DNA of 64,000 nt from Macrostomum hystrix (lineage: Eukaryota; Animalia; Platyhelminthes): the NCBI GenBank assembly GCA_950097015.1, contig CATNEN010000037.1, positions 1,364,001 through 1,428,000 of the forward strand. The letters run 5' to 3'. Shown in pieces: positions 20,105 to 33,500 of this stretch (within the stretch, counting starts at the first letter, position 1; each line of letters begins with the position of its first letter). A model generated the notes under the pieces. The model did no database searches. It was given only the letters and a program-made list of their open reading frames with translations, and was not told where the DNA came from. Made by a program: the position numbers and the translations under genes.

Positions 20105-23100
20105 ATGCGCGTCAATCTGCTGCTTCTAGGCAGCTGCGCAGCCTCCTTCTGCCTGGGCTGCCTCATCAGTGTTGGCCTGCTCACAAGCTGGGGCCCGAAT
20201 TATAAAGCTTCCAATTCGAGTCCGCTGACCGAAGACGAATTCGAGCCGCCGGCTGGCCCGCTTCGGCCGGTTCAAGCGTCCGCGGCTAAGAGGAGAACTC
20301 TATTGCAGCGGCCCATCAAAGATCCGCTGTGGTCGCGAGTTCGAATCTTTTGCTGGGTGCTCACATCACCGAAGAATCACGCGACTAAGGCCTATCATCA
20401 GATGGCCACCTGGTTGAGGAGATGCAATGGCTTCGCTTTTATGACAACTAGGCCCGACCCGTTCCTGCCAACTGTGGGTCAGTTCTCCCTGCCAACTTAT
20501 GCTGATCCCATCCTATTTATCAGTTCTCCCTGATCCCCAGCAGCTTATCCCATTCTATGGGTCAGTTCTCCCTGATCCTCAGCAGCTTATCCAATTCTAT
20601 GGGTCAGTTCTCCCTGATCCTCAGCAGCTTATCCCATTCTATGGGTCAGTTCTCCCTGATCCCCAGCAGCTTATCCCATTCTATGGGTCAGTTCTCCCTG
20701 ATCCTCAGCAGCTTATCCAATTCTATGGGTCAGTTCTCCCTTATCCTCAGCAGCTTATCCCATTCTATGAGCCTGGTCTCCCTGATCCTCAGCAGCTTAT
20801 CCCATTCTATGGGTCAGTTCTACCTGATCATCAGCAGCTTATCCCATTCTATGGGTCAGTTCTACCTGATCATCAGCAGCTTATCCCATTCTATGAGCCT
20901 GGTCTACCTGATCATCAGCAGCTTATCCCATTCTATGGGTCAGTTCTCCCTGATCCTCAGCAGCTTATCCCATTCTATGGGTCAGTTCTCCCTGATCCTC
21001 AGCAGCTTATCCCATTCTATGAGCCTGGTCTCCCTGATCCTCAGCAGCTTATCCCATTCTATGGGTCAGTTCTACCTGATCATCAGCAGCTTATCCCATT
21101 CTATGGGTAACGTTTCCCAGATCCCTTGCAAATTATCCCACTCTTTATGTCAGTTCTCCCATAGTGTCTCGTGCTCATCTTATCATTAGAGACAGTACTC
21201 CCTGATTTATCGGTACCTATCCCATAGTGAAGAAAACTGTTAATTTTTTAATCTAATAAATATCCCATCTCATCCATGCCCACTCAGTCCTAGGTGTCTC
21301 GGAAGGCCGGGATAACCTTTGGCAGAAGACTCGCGCCTCCCTACTCTATATTCGTCACAGCGATCATCACCTGACTAACTATGACTACTTTTTCAAAGCC
21401 GACGACGACACCTACGCTGTGATGGACAATCTGCGGAGCCTGCTAGCCGCGGCCGATCCGGAGACTCCCCTGTACGTGGGGCGCCGGTTTCGACCGTTCG
21501 TCCGGCAGGGCTACATGTCCGGCGGAGCCGGCTACGTTCTGTCCAGGGCGGCTGTGCGACGCTTAGCCGATTTCGGACAGACTAGCCGAGAGGCGGCTTG
21601 CCTGCACGGCCATTTTAAAAGCGAGGATGTCAACCTGGGTGAGCGGCTCGTTGTTAGGATAACTTGTCAATTGGTTCAGCTGCATTTTTGGACTGGGAAT
21701 ATTTAGATTCTTCTTGTGGTGACTGCGTTTCGTGCAGGGTGGGGTATTGAGGGTGTTATTTCTCTCTCTCTCTCTCAGAATGTACTCGCGCATGTGCGTA
21801 CTCTGGAGCGCGTGCACGCTCAGAGGTAGCGGCTGATTGGTCAGCCTAGTCAGGCTGGAAAATAAACTTGTATTTATTGAAAGAGCCAGGCTTGGCCTGC
21901 TCTAAAAATCTTTTCTCTCTGCAAGCCACGCTGACTTCATTACAGTGGCGACGAGGAACTTCAATAGTGTCAAATGCTTTCAGAGCCAGTCCTTCAGTTC
22001 CCAGTCCTTCAGTTCCCAGTCCTTCAGTTCCCAGTCCTTCAGTTCCCAGTCCTTCAGTTCCCAGTCATTCAGTTCCCAGTCATTCAGTTCCCAGTCATTC
22101 AGTTCCCAGTCATTCAGTTCCCTGTCCTTCAGTTCCCAGTCCTTCAGTTCCCAGTCCTTCAGTTCCCAGTCATTCAGTTCCCAGTCATTCAGTTCCCTGT
22201 CCTTCAGTTCCCAGTCCTTCAGTTCCCAGTCCTTCAGTTCCCAGTTCAGTTCAGTCCTTCAGTGCAAATCTGTCAGTGTGTATACTACAGAAGCCCCACG
22301 TACCTGTAATTATTCGACACACCGTTTCTGAATGGCCTCATAGGTGTCTGCCTGGAGATGCTCGGCGTCCGCGTGCTGGACTCCCCGGACAGCCTCGGTC
22401 GGGAGAGATTTCATCCGTTTAGGCCGGAGCACCATCTGGCGCCTGGCGGTCTGCCGTCCGACAACTGGCTGCATCGCTACAACTATTATCCACTGCGAGT
22501 GGTGTGTGCCGATAGCTGCCAGCCGTTATAATTGGCCTAATGCCTCTTCACTTTCCCTCAGTTCCCAATCCCTTTCATTCATATCCCAATCCTAATCCTT
22601 CATTTCCTAATCCTAATCCTTCATTTTCCAATCCTAATTCTTCATTTCCCAACCTAATCCTTCATTTTCCAATCCTAATCCTTCATTTCCCAATCCTAAT
22701 CTTTCATTTCCCAACCTAATCCTTCATATTCCAATCCTAATCCTTCATTTTCCAATCCTAATTCTTCATTTTCCAATCCTAATCCTTCATTTTCCAATCC
22801 TTTTCCTTCATATCCCAATCCTAATCCTTCATTTCCCAATACTAATTCTTCATTTCCCAACCTAATCCTTCATTTTCCAATCCTAATCCTTCATTTCCCA
22901 ATACTAATCCTTCATTTCCCAACCTAATCCTTCATATTCCAATCCTAATCCTTCATTTTCCAATCCTAATCCTTCATTTTCCAATCCTAATCCTTCATTT
23001 TCCAATCCTAATCCTTCATTTCCCAATCCTAATCCTTCATTTCCCAATCCTAATCCTTCATTTCCCAATCCTAATCATTCAGTTCCTAATCCTAATCCTT

Positions 23101-24317
23101 CATTTCCCAATCAGAATCCTTCATTTCCCAACCTAATCTTTCATTTCCCAATCCTAATCATTCATTTCCCAATCCTAATCATTCATTTCCCAATCCCAAT
23201 CCTTCATTTCCCAATCCTAATCATTCCGTTCCCAAACTCAATCCTTGAGTTCCTAATTCTAATATTTTATCTCCTAAAACCTAATTTTTTTAGCTCCTAA
23301 ATCCAAATCTTTTAGCTCCTGAATCCAAATCTTTTAGCTCCTGAATCCAAATCTTTTGGCTCCAAAATCCAAATCTTTTAGCTCCTAAATCCTCATATTT
23401 TTGCTCCAAAATCCAAATCTTTTAGCTCCTGAATCCAAATCTTTTAGCTCCTGAATCCAAATATTTTGGCTCCAAAATCCAAATCTTTTAGCTCCTAAAT
23501 CCTCATATTTTTGCTCCAAAATCCAAATCTTTTAGCTCCTGAATCCAAAACTTTTAGCTCCTGAATCCAAAACTTTTAGCTCCAGGATCCTAATATTTTA
23601 TCTCCTAAATCCTAATTTTTTGCTCCTAAATCCAAATCATTTTTAGCTCCTAAATCCAAATCTTTTAGCTCCTGAATCCAAATCTTTTAGCTCCTAAATC
23701 CTCATCTTTTGGCTCCAAAATCCAAATCTTTTAGCTCCTGAATCCAAAACTTTTAGCTCCTGAATCCAAAACTTTTAGCTCCTGAATCCAAAACTTTTAG
23801 CTCCAGGATCCTAATATTTTATCTCCTAAATCCTAATTTTTTGCTCCTAAATCCAAATCATTTTTAGCTCCTAAATCCAAATCTTTTAGCTCCTGAATCC
23901 AAATCTTTTAGCTCCTAAATCCTCATCTTTTGGCTCCAAAATCCAAATCTTCTAGCTCCTAAATCCTAACTTTTTAGCTCCAGGATCCTAATTTTTAGGA
24001 ATTGAGTGCGACATTTTGCTTCTTTTTCCTAGTTTTCTCTGTCTCTCTACCGTTAGTTGTCCCCATTGAAATGCTTCTAAGCTTCATGTTTGTACTTACG
24101 TGGCTTATCATTATCTTATCTGGCTTAATCCTTCAGTGGAAAGTATTGACTTTTCCCACAGGGTCCGGAGTGCTGCAGCGATACCTCCATAACGTTTCAC
24201 TATGTCACGCCCCGGCAGATGTACGTGCTGGACTTTTTGATTTACAAACTGCGCCGGCCAACTAGTCTTGCCACGGCCTCGCCATTGGCGACTGAGACTA
24301 ACAGTACTGCGCATTAG
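20105..24317 (+). CDS. C1GALT1: Core-1 beta-1,3-galactosyltransferase (T-synthase), 345 aa
   Basis: join(20105..20477,21288..21638,22344..22501,24162..24317). It has an N-terminal TM segment, RIFCWVLTSP, EGRDNLWQKT, FFKADDDTY, YMSGGAGYVLS, EDVNLG and CCSDTSITFHYV. Confidence 0.93.
20478..21180. repeat. 42-bp minisatellite (C1GALT1 intron 1) containing the donor site
   Basis: Unit gggtcagttctccctgatcctcagcagcttatcccattctat. Confidence 0.95.
21985..22262. repeat. 15-bp minisatellite (C1GALT1 intron 2)
   Basis: Unit cagtccttcagttcc. Confidence 0.95.
22560..23995. repeat. Two abutting about 22-bp minisatellites (C1GALT1 intron 3)
   Basis: tcccaatcctaatccttcatt to about 23260, then ttttagctcctgaatccaaatc. 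Confidence 0.93.
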
Positions 24318-25548
24318 AAAATGTGATGGTGTCTTATTTAAAGAATTCCTCATTGTTGCAGGTTTTACCTGTGCTTTTAATGCTTTTTTCTCTTTTCATT
24401 TTTATATTTAACGGGCATTTTGCTTTACAGTCTTTTTAGTTTAACCACTTTAGCCCGATTTGCTTAATATTCTGGCGACACACTTATGCCTCTGGTAATC
24501 TACTCTGTATTTGTGTATTGTGAAATTTTCCTATGTGAATAGTCTATTTTTTGCTAAAATCTGCCTACTAAACTTTTTATAATACAATTTTTGTTTCCCG
24601 GCCTTCTCTTTGTGGTCCTTGGATATGCTTTGTAGCAAAGTTTTAGTTTTTTATATCAAATGATCGCAATATCGTCACACACTGTTATAGCTGCACTTAT
24701 ACTCCTTCATTTAAAGAAGGCATGACCGTTCCTTAAAATTGAATTTTCATACCTTTATTTAACGACAAAAAAATCCATTGCGCTACTTATTTAACGATCA
24801 CTCAATGCAAATAATACTGAGTAATTCTTTTTAGGTTTCGCAAATTCATAAAATAGTGTCGCTGTCTTCTGCCTGTAATCTTGAACCAGATAAAGTTTTA
24901 TTATAACTTATAATGTAAATTCTGATGAGAGATTCAGCATTGCGACAGAGAAATCTTGGTCTTCCATTGGTCCCTTAAAGGTCTCGTAAAGTATGACTTA
25001 GTTCAGTTTTTTAAATATCAAAACGCCTTACAAACATAGGCCTAATGCTCCAAGAATTCCCACAATAAAAGGCACACAAATATTTAGCATTTCCTCTTTT
25101 TGCATAACTAATGACTACTTTATAATGACAGAATTCCAATTGACAAAAAGCGATAAGCAGCTGGCCTAGCCTAGTTTACTTATGGATTGTAAAGCGATGC
25201 AAGTTTGTTTCTTTGCAAGATATAATAATTAGCTATATATACATGCCGCAAAAAATTGAAGTCAATGATGTTTTCAACGTTTTAAACTAACAAGATAACA
25301 TTTTAACAATCTATTTTTAAGTACCAGTAATCAACTGTCATGACCGTTCACCGAGTGGTAATTTTTTTGTTTACGTTGAATTAATTTTACGTGTAGATCT
25401 CTAAGCAAAGTTTTTTGTTTTGATGTATCAACCGTAGTTTTGAAAGTACCAACCAATTTGAATTACTGAGTACTAGTTAAGTTAGAGCGCTATTATCATC
25501 ATATAAAATTCAAACAAACAATAAATAAAATTCAACATCGAATCAATT

Positions 25549-28500
25549 ATGCTGCCCAACATAATACTTCGAATTTTTTCGCAGTAAGTAGCATAGCTTT
25601 GCAACTAAAACATTTGGAGTAAATTTCTTTGTGTCACAGTCAGTTTGCTATTTATTTTTTCCATGCCTGATGACCATTGACCTAGCTAACAAAAATCCAT
25701 GTTTGTGTCTTACCACAATCCAGTTAATTTGCCTAGGCTTTGCTGAAGAGTTAAATATACCCCTATATATACGGACTTAAGTGAGATTTAAAAAAATTGA
25801 AAATTAGTTTTCTTCATGAATTTTTTGATAGGTTAGGCCTATCATATATGCACTTGTGACTTGCATTTTATAATCTAACGAATGTATGATCACTAGGCCT
25901 AACTGCCTTAACTTTTAGACTTAGTTGGCCTTCCTGGGTAGTGGGTTGTATTAGGCCTACTTGCACAACAACATGCATGCCCCAAGTCTTATTTCTATAA
26001 CTTGCTAGGTGATAGTTAGCTACCCAAAATAAATGTTGCTTATCCATGCTTTTTATCTTTGCATCTTGGTGCAAGTCACAGACTTGCAGACTGCAGCAAG
26101 TGTTGGATATATTTAGCTAGGCCTAATAATTTAAATTAAGCCACCTTATTGAGTACATTAGGGCCTACCTTTTAAGTAAAATGTGAGTTTTGACCATTCA
26201 CATTTTTATATGCTATATCAAAGTACCATATAAAAGTTGCACAATGTAGCACATATTACAATTTTTAAAGAACATTTTGGGCATTAAAACATAATTTAAA
26301 TGAGAATTTGGCCAAAATAATTTTAAAGATTTTTAAATATGTTTAAAAGTTGATTTAGGCCTAATAACTATAAAAATGCACCCTTACTTTTAGGTTGCTT
26401 TCACAAAATGAGCAGAAGCTTTCTGAACAGGTAAGGAAAGAAATATTATTAGCTAACCTCAATTATAATTAACATTTTACACTATCTATAGTACTCACAC
26501 TGCACTTAATTTTCAGCTATATAGATCACCAATAATTCGACAAGCTGCTAGGATTACAGCTCAAACAATGCTTAAGATGCGCAAATGTGAGTGTTACTTT
26601 CTCTATATAAACCTGTATTGACAAATGTATGGGTTCCTTGACAGACATTTTCTGACAGACATTTTTCACTTTAAGTGAAAATTAAAACAAAAACACAAAC
26701 TCTCAAGCCAGAGTGTATGTCCGACTCTGACGCCTAGCTATGCTTTAAAAAATGTGCAGGATGAATAGTTTCGCCAATGATTTGCTAGGCCTACTGAACA
26801 AACTTTTAAAGTGTGTTCTTGGGGGCTTTTCAGATGCGTCTTATGATCCTATTTCTGCCTCATCTAAAGGCATGGGTCAATTATTTCACCAGACACTGCT
26901 ACAACTGCTTGACGCATGTGAGATGTCCCTGCTACACAATGACACTTCAGACACACAAATTAGTCAACTTTTCAGATATTCTCATTTAAAGTGTGCTTTC
27001 TCTGCTTCTTTGCAGCTTTGGTCATACCATTGACATTAAACAAATGAGTGCTGTGGCCATATACTTGGTCCATGTGACATCAAATTTTAGACACATCTTG
27101 ATGCATGTCCCAGCTACTTTAGTCAAAGACATGTTCAAGTACCAATTTGTAAAGTAACCTTTTTTCTAAACGCCTAAGAAATGAGTGCTTATAGGTATGT
27201 CTATTGTGAAAAGTTTGTGCCTCCATAACTTGCCTGAGCCGTGTTTTTAGCTTTAGTGTTGATAATATGTAAATGAATGTGTTATCAGACAAGATGATGA
27301 ATACGGTTTTAGAAAACCTAATTCACAAACTATAATTTAAAAAATTAATACACTTATTGCTAAATTTTACAATTTTCATACAGTTATACTACTGAATTTA
27401 AGTTATAAATATCCTTAGTTATAAATAACTAAGGATAACTACCCTACTGCTGAAGAGCTGTGGGGTAAAAGGAAAGCAAAAGTATATGCACGTCACGTGT
27501 AGGTTCGGTTGCAAACCTCCCATTTTGGCCAGATCGAATGCCCCTTGTGTCTTTACTGGATGCACAATGTCTGCTGAGTCGCCAGCATCTGCAACGGAAA
27601 AAAGTGTCTGCGTCGACTGCAGTCAACTTGAAGTTTAATATTTGTTCCCTGATTGATTTAAGTACGTGGCTCTAGTCCCTTGACGATTAATACTTTGTGA
27701 CATGACCCTTAAATCGTTCGTTGCCTACCATACCCAATACGAAAATTCACTTTCTGCACCGCACCTTTCGCATGAGTTTTGCTTCGAAAAACCTCATATA
27801 GCAGATATTTTCGTCGATAAAAAAACTTGATAACCGTGCCAAAATATTTTTCAATGAACTCTAAACTCTAAAAACGCATTTTGAGTTCTTGAATCACAAA
27901 ACAACAGTCCAGCATCTGCGCCGTGTCAAAAGTAGCAAAGAAGCAAAAAAGCACACTTTAAATGAGAATATCTGAAAAAGTACTTGACTAATTTGTGTGT
28001 CTGAGGTGTCATTGTATAGCAGGGACATGCGTCAAGCAGTTGTAGCAGTGTCTGGTGAAATAATTGACCCATGCCTTTAGATAAGGCAGAAATAGGATCA
28101 TAAGACGCATCTGAAAAAGCCCCCCAGAACACACTGTAAAAGTTTGTTCAGTAGGCCTAGCAAATCATTGGCGAAACTATTCATCCTGCACATTTTTTAA
28201 AGCATAGCTAGGCGTCAGAGTCGGACATACACTCTGGCTCGAGAGTTCGTGTTTTTGTTTTGATTTTCGCTTAAAGTGAAAAATGTCTGTCGGGGAACCC
28301 ATACATTATTGACAAGGGAGCTGCTGTCACTCTCCATCCTTCAGTGGGTGAGCTGCTGTCACCCTCCATCCTTCAGTGGGTGAGCTGCTGTCACCCTCCA
28401 TCCTTCAGTGGGTGAGCTGCTGTCACCCTCCATCCTTCAGTGAGTGAGCTGTTACCCTCCATCCTTCAGTGAGTGAGCTGTCACCCTCCATCCTTCAGTG

Positions 28501-29096
28501 AGTGAGCTGTTACCCTCCATCCTTCAGTGAGTGAGCTGCTGTCACCCTCCATCCTTCAGTGAGGGAGCTGCTGTTACCCTCCATCCTTCAGTGAGTGAGC
28601 TGCTGTCACCCTCCATCCTTCAGTGAGTGAGCTGTTACCCTCCATCCTTCAGTGAGGGAGCTGCTGTCACCCTCCATCCTTCAGTGAGGGAGCTGCTGTC
28701 ACCCTCCATCCTTCAGTGAGTGAGCTGCTGTCACCCTCCATCCTTCAGTGAGTGAGCTGCTGTCACCCTCCATCCTTCAGTGAGTGAGCTGTCACCCTCC
28801 ATCCTTCAGTGAGTGAGCTGTTACCCTCCATCCTTCAGTGAGTGAGCTGCTGTCACCCTCCATCCTTCAGTGAGTGAGCTGCTGTCACCCTCCATCCTTC
28901 AGTGAGTGAGCTGTCACCCTCCATCCTTCAGTGAGTGAGCTGTCACCCTCCATCCTTCAGTGAGTGAGCTGTCACCCTCCACCCACCCCACTCCGCAGCC
29001 ATCGGTCAGGACGGCAAGTCCCTAACAGACATGATGAGAGAAGAGTTTCAAGCCGGCATTCGCGAAGGGCGTCAAGCGTCGAAACGGCGGCCTTGA
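25549..29096 (+). CDS. NCBP2AS2: 79-aa NCBP2AS2 (HIAR)-like microprotein, 4 exons
   Basis: join(25549..25583,26394..26430,26517..26586,28999..29096). Donors gtaagt/gtaagg/gtgagt with consistent phases 2,0,1. Translation MLPNIILRIFSQLLSQNEQKLSEQLYRSPIIRQAARITAQTMLKMRKSIGQDGKSLTDMMREEFQAGIREGRQASKRRP. The family assignment comes from recalled similarity (NEQ.L.E.L..S..IR.AA..TA). Confidence 0.7.
26625..28306. mobile_element. Non-autonomous Mutator/foldback-type DNA transposon with long TIRs
   Basis: Inverted arms 26625-27013 and 27935-28306 (ATGTATGGGTTCC...GGAACCCATACAT). Perfect 9-bp TSD TATTGACAA at 26616-26624 and 28307-28315. Confidence 0.88.
28317..28980. repeat. About 29-32-bp minisatellite in microprotein intron 3
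   Basis: Unit gagctgctgtcaccctccatccttcagtgagt. Confidence 0.95.
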
Positions 29097-29886
29097 ATCA
29101 GGCTTTCGAAACCGGATTCGCTTCTCAGAAATTATCTAAATAAGAACTTTCGCAAGTTGTTTTAGATTTGCGGTGGTATTTCTTTCGTTCTTTCGCCATT
29201 TTTGCAGCCTTTTACGAGCCATAGATTAGCAAATATAGTGAGAGGCATTAGTTGGTCAATCAGTATAGCAGCAATTGGTTCTAGACCTCCTATCCAGACC
29301 TGTGTATCAGTAAGTTTGCCATTTTTCTGTTTCCACTCTGTACATTTTTGCAACGCGCTTTTATTGTATAAAAGTTTCATTCTTAACGTGCTTACAACAC
29401 TGAGCACGAGTATAACTGTCAAGTCAAAGTGATAAATTTGTGCACAATTAAACAATTAATTCTGCTCAAATCTTTTTTGTTTTGTTTTTTTCATTGTTGT
29501 TTAATTTAAAATTGCGAAAATTTGAAATCTTCTGTGACCCACAAAGATGAATTTGAAATAAAAATTATGCATTGCAGAAAAAATACATGTGGTATTGTGA
29601 AGCATTTAAGACATTCAGGGCTGATGGGGGGCGTTTCACAAACCACCCGGGATCTACGAATCCGAAATGCACGAAATGTACTCGTATTTACAGAGATCTA
29701 ACAAATGTTCGCTTTGTCTGTGTCGTCTAGGTCAAACTTTGTCAAACTAAGGTCAAAATTCAGCTGGCCAAACTTTGGGCTAAACCAGTGGATTCAATGT
29801 GAACAAGCGGTGAACATTGATTAGGCCGTGCTGCTCGTATTGTTAAATACCGCCTAGCTTACACCCCACAGTGAGCGCCCGATACA

Positions 29887-29958
29887 GCCGTGATCGTATA
29901 GTGGTTAGTACTTCTCGTTGTGGCCGAGACAACCCAGGTTCGAATCCTGGTCACGGCA
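29887..29958 (+). tRNA. tRNA-His: tRNA-His (GTG)
   Basis: GCCGTGA/TCACGGC acceptor stem, TCTCG-TTGTGGC-CGAGA anticodon arm, CCAGG-TTCGAAT-CCTGG T arm. All stems pair. Confidence 0.95.
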
Positions 29959-30529
29959 ATTGTGTGAACTCTCGCACAGCGGAAGGGCGCTAATAGTTTT
30001 GTTTAAATTAAATATAGGCAAATGTAACTTTCATGGGTTTACAACTCGACATAAGCTATTAAGCGAAGGCATTAAATTTTAAACCTGCGATCGTACTACT
30101 CATAGTATAGAAGCGATTGGTACCGAATGAACTTGAAAATAGTAATGGTGAAGTGTTCACACCGGTCCGCCAGTGTTTTGCGATCTGTAGCTCACATATT
30201 ATCGATCCTCTCTACTTGGCTAAGCGGCACATAGGGGTGTACATTGAAATGTACACTCCCTCGTTCCTACCTCCTACCCCAGTGCGCACAAGCTCGCCAA
30301 GCCGACCGCCCCAGTTTTATTGCACTGTCTTTCCGCATTCAGTGAACTCTGATTGGATAGCGATTATTTGTTTGATATTTGTTATGCAGCGAAGGCTTAT
30401 ATTTGAGTGTTTGAGGTCAGCTGTAAGAAAATAGTTTTCAATCGATAGATCTATCTTACAATTGTTAGATAAATAGAAAAATCAAATTGGCAAGCAGAAA
30501 AACGGAGAAAAGGTTTTCGGCCAGGAAGA

Positions 30530-33500
30530 ATGCATACCCGGTCGCTGCTTTCACTGTTCTGCCTGTCATTGGTTTGGCTGCAGTCGCCTCAGCCAGTGAG
30601 CTCGGAATTCTGGGACTCGGACTTCGTCAATACCCTGTACAGCTTCTTGCGCTACAAGGGCTATTTTGTGTCGCTGTTCCAGCATGCCACTAAGCCAAAT
30701 AATTTCTTCTACACTCCACTGGTACTGTTAGACAAGGAAAGCGGCCAAACATTCTATAATTATTTGCGCGGCGTTCAAGAGATCGATTTCAACGTGGTGA
30801 TGAGCACAGACGATCTGAGATCGGAGGTGCTGCAACATCTAGTCACTGTCAAGCATGTACAGTCTCCCCAGGTGCAGATGATTCCCATGGAGACTGTCCG
30901 CTTCACCTACGCCAGTGCGCTTCGACGAGGCAGCATGAAGCTGGACCTGGAGACAACGCCTGTGCCGAATAATCACCTGCCAAATATTCTGCCAATTAAG
31001 TTCTATTCATTTGCGGAGAACGAGGCGCGAACATTTATTGGCGCGGTGAGGGAGCATCCGGGTATTCTGGACCAGCTTGTGCTGGAGTACACCATTACTC
31101 AGAGGAAGACTGCCGAGAAACAGGTGCGGCGCGACTGAGATGGGTTGAAACTGGACAGGTAGGATAAATGGGACAGGTAGGACAAATAGAACTCGTAGGA
31201 TAAATAGGACAGGTAGGATAAATAGGACAGGTAGGATAAACAGGACAGGTAGGATAAATAGGACAGGTAGGATAAACAGGACAGGTAGGATAAATAGGAC
31301 AGGTAGGATAAATAGGACAGGTAGGATAAATAGGACAGGTAGGATAAATTGGACAGGTAGGATAAATTGGACAGGTAGGATAAATAGGACAGGTAGGATA
31401 AATAGGACAGGTAGGATAAATAGGACAGGTAGGATAAATTGGACAGGTAGGATAAATAGGACAGGTAGGATAAATGGGACAGGTAGGATAAATAGAACTG
31501 GTAGGATAAATAGGACAGGTAGGATAAATAGGACAGGTAGGATAAATTGGACAGGTAGGATAAATAGGACAGGTAGGATAAATATAACAGGTAGGATAAA
31601 TAGGACAGGTAGGATAAATAGGACAGGTAGGATAAATGGGACAGGTAGGATACATAGGACAGGTAGGATAAATAGAACTGGTAGGATAAATAGGACAGGT
31701 AGGGATAAATAGAACAGGTAGGATAGGAGTCAAGGGCAGGTAGGATATGAGTCTAGGACAGGTAGGATATTTGTGAAGGACAGGTAGGATATGAGTCAAG
31801 AAAAGGTAGGATAAATATAACAGGTAGGATAAATAGGACAGGTAGGATACATAGGACAGGTAGGATACATAGGACAGGTAGGATACATAGGACAGGTAGG
31901 ATACATAGGACAGGTAGGATAAATAGGACAGGTAGGATACATAGGACAGGTAGGATACATAGGACAGGTAGGATAAATAGGACAGGTAGGATAAATAGGA
32001 CAGGTAGGATAAATAGGACAGGTAGGATAAATAGAACTCGTAGGATAAATAGGACAGGTAGGATAAATAGGACAGGTAGGATAAATAGGACAGGTAGGAT
32101 AAATAGGACAGGTAGGATAAATAGAACTCGTAGGATAAATAGGACAGGTAGGATAAATAGGACAGGTAGGATAAATAGGACAGGTAGGATAAATAGAACT
32201 CGTAGGATAAATAGGACAGGTAGGATAAATAGGACAGGTAGGATAAATGGGACAGGTAGGATAAATAGGACAGGTAGGATAAATAGAACTCGTAGGATAA
32301 ATAGGACAGGTAGGATAAATAGGACAGGTAGGATAAATAGAACTCGTAGGATAAATAGGACAGGTAGGATAAATTGGACAGGTAGGATAAATAGGACAGG
32401 TAGGATAAATAGGACAGGTAGGATAAATAGAACTGGTAGGATAAATAGGACAGGTAGGGATAAATAGAACAGGTAGGATAAATAGGACAGGTAGGATAGG
32501 AGTCAAGGGCAGGTAGGATATGAGTCTAGGACAGGTAGGATATTTGTGAAGGACAGGTAGGATATGAGTCAAGAAAAGGTAGGATAAATATAACAGGTAG
32601 GATAAATAGGACAGGTAGGATAAATAGGACAGGTAGGATACATAGGACAGGTAGGATACATAGGACAGGTAGGATACATAGGACAGGTAGGATACATAGG
32701 ACAGGTAGGATAAATTGGACAGGTAGGATAAATAGGACAGGTAGGATAAATATAACAGGTAGGATAAATAGGACAGGTAGGATACATAGGACAGGTAGGA
32801 TACATAGGACAGGTAGGATACATAGGACAGGTAGGATACATAGGACAGGTAGGATAAATAGGACAAGTAGGATAAATAGGACAGGTAGGATAAATAGGAC
32901 AGGTTGGATACATAGGACAGGTAGGATAAATAGGACAGGTAGGATACATAGGACAGGTAGGATAAATAGGACAGGTAGGATATGAGTCTAGGACAGGTAG
33001 GATATTTGTGAAGGACAGGTAGGATATGAGTCAAGAAAAGGTAGGATATGAGTCAAGAAAAGGTAGGATATGAGTCAAGAAAAGGTAGGATATGAGTCAA
33101 GGACAGGTAGGATATAAGTGAAGGACAGGTAGGATATGAGTCAAGGACAGGTAGGATATTAGTCAAGGACAGGTAGACAGTCAAGACACCACTGTGGTCA
33201 TCCGTTCCCGCAGGTGGAGATCAAGGCTGAGTACATTGCCAGCACATCGTTATTCGCCAAGCTGACAACCATGACAGCACCTGGCACAGTTCGCTACCTG
33301 ACCGCGCACGACGCAAACGCGATCGCCGGCCAGAGCTTCTCCAGCATTCGGGCTCGCGTTGTGCGCAGCCAAGAGTACATCGAAGGCCCGGACGAGTTGC
33401 GCCTGACGCAGATCATCGAGCAGCTGCTGACGAGGGACGCCACCCGCTGGTCGGAGCTGAGCGACGTGGCTAAACAGTCCGTGTTCTGGGATCCGGAATT

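Noticed and set aside
27014-27934. Transposase remnant in the TIR element spacer
   Set aside because: Only short frames (one CxxC) were found, with no DDE or other motif I could support.
28999-29143. YAE1-like GxxxG motif (GIREGRQA/VETAALNQAFETGF)
   Set aside because: It requires a frameshift. The unshifted frame ends at TGA 29096 and completes a coherent four-exon microprotein.
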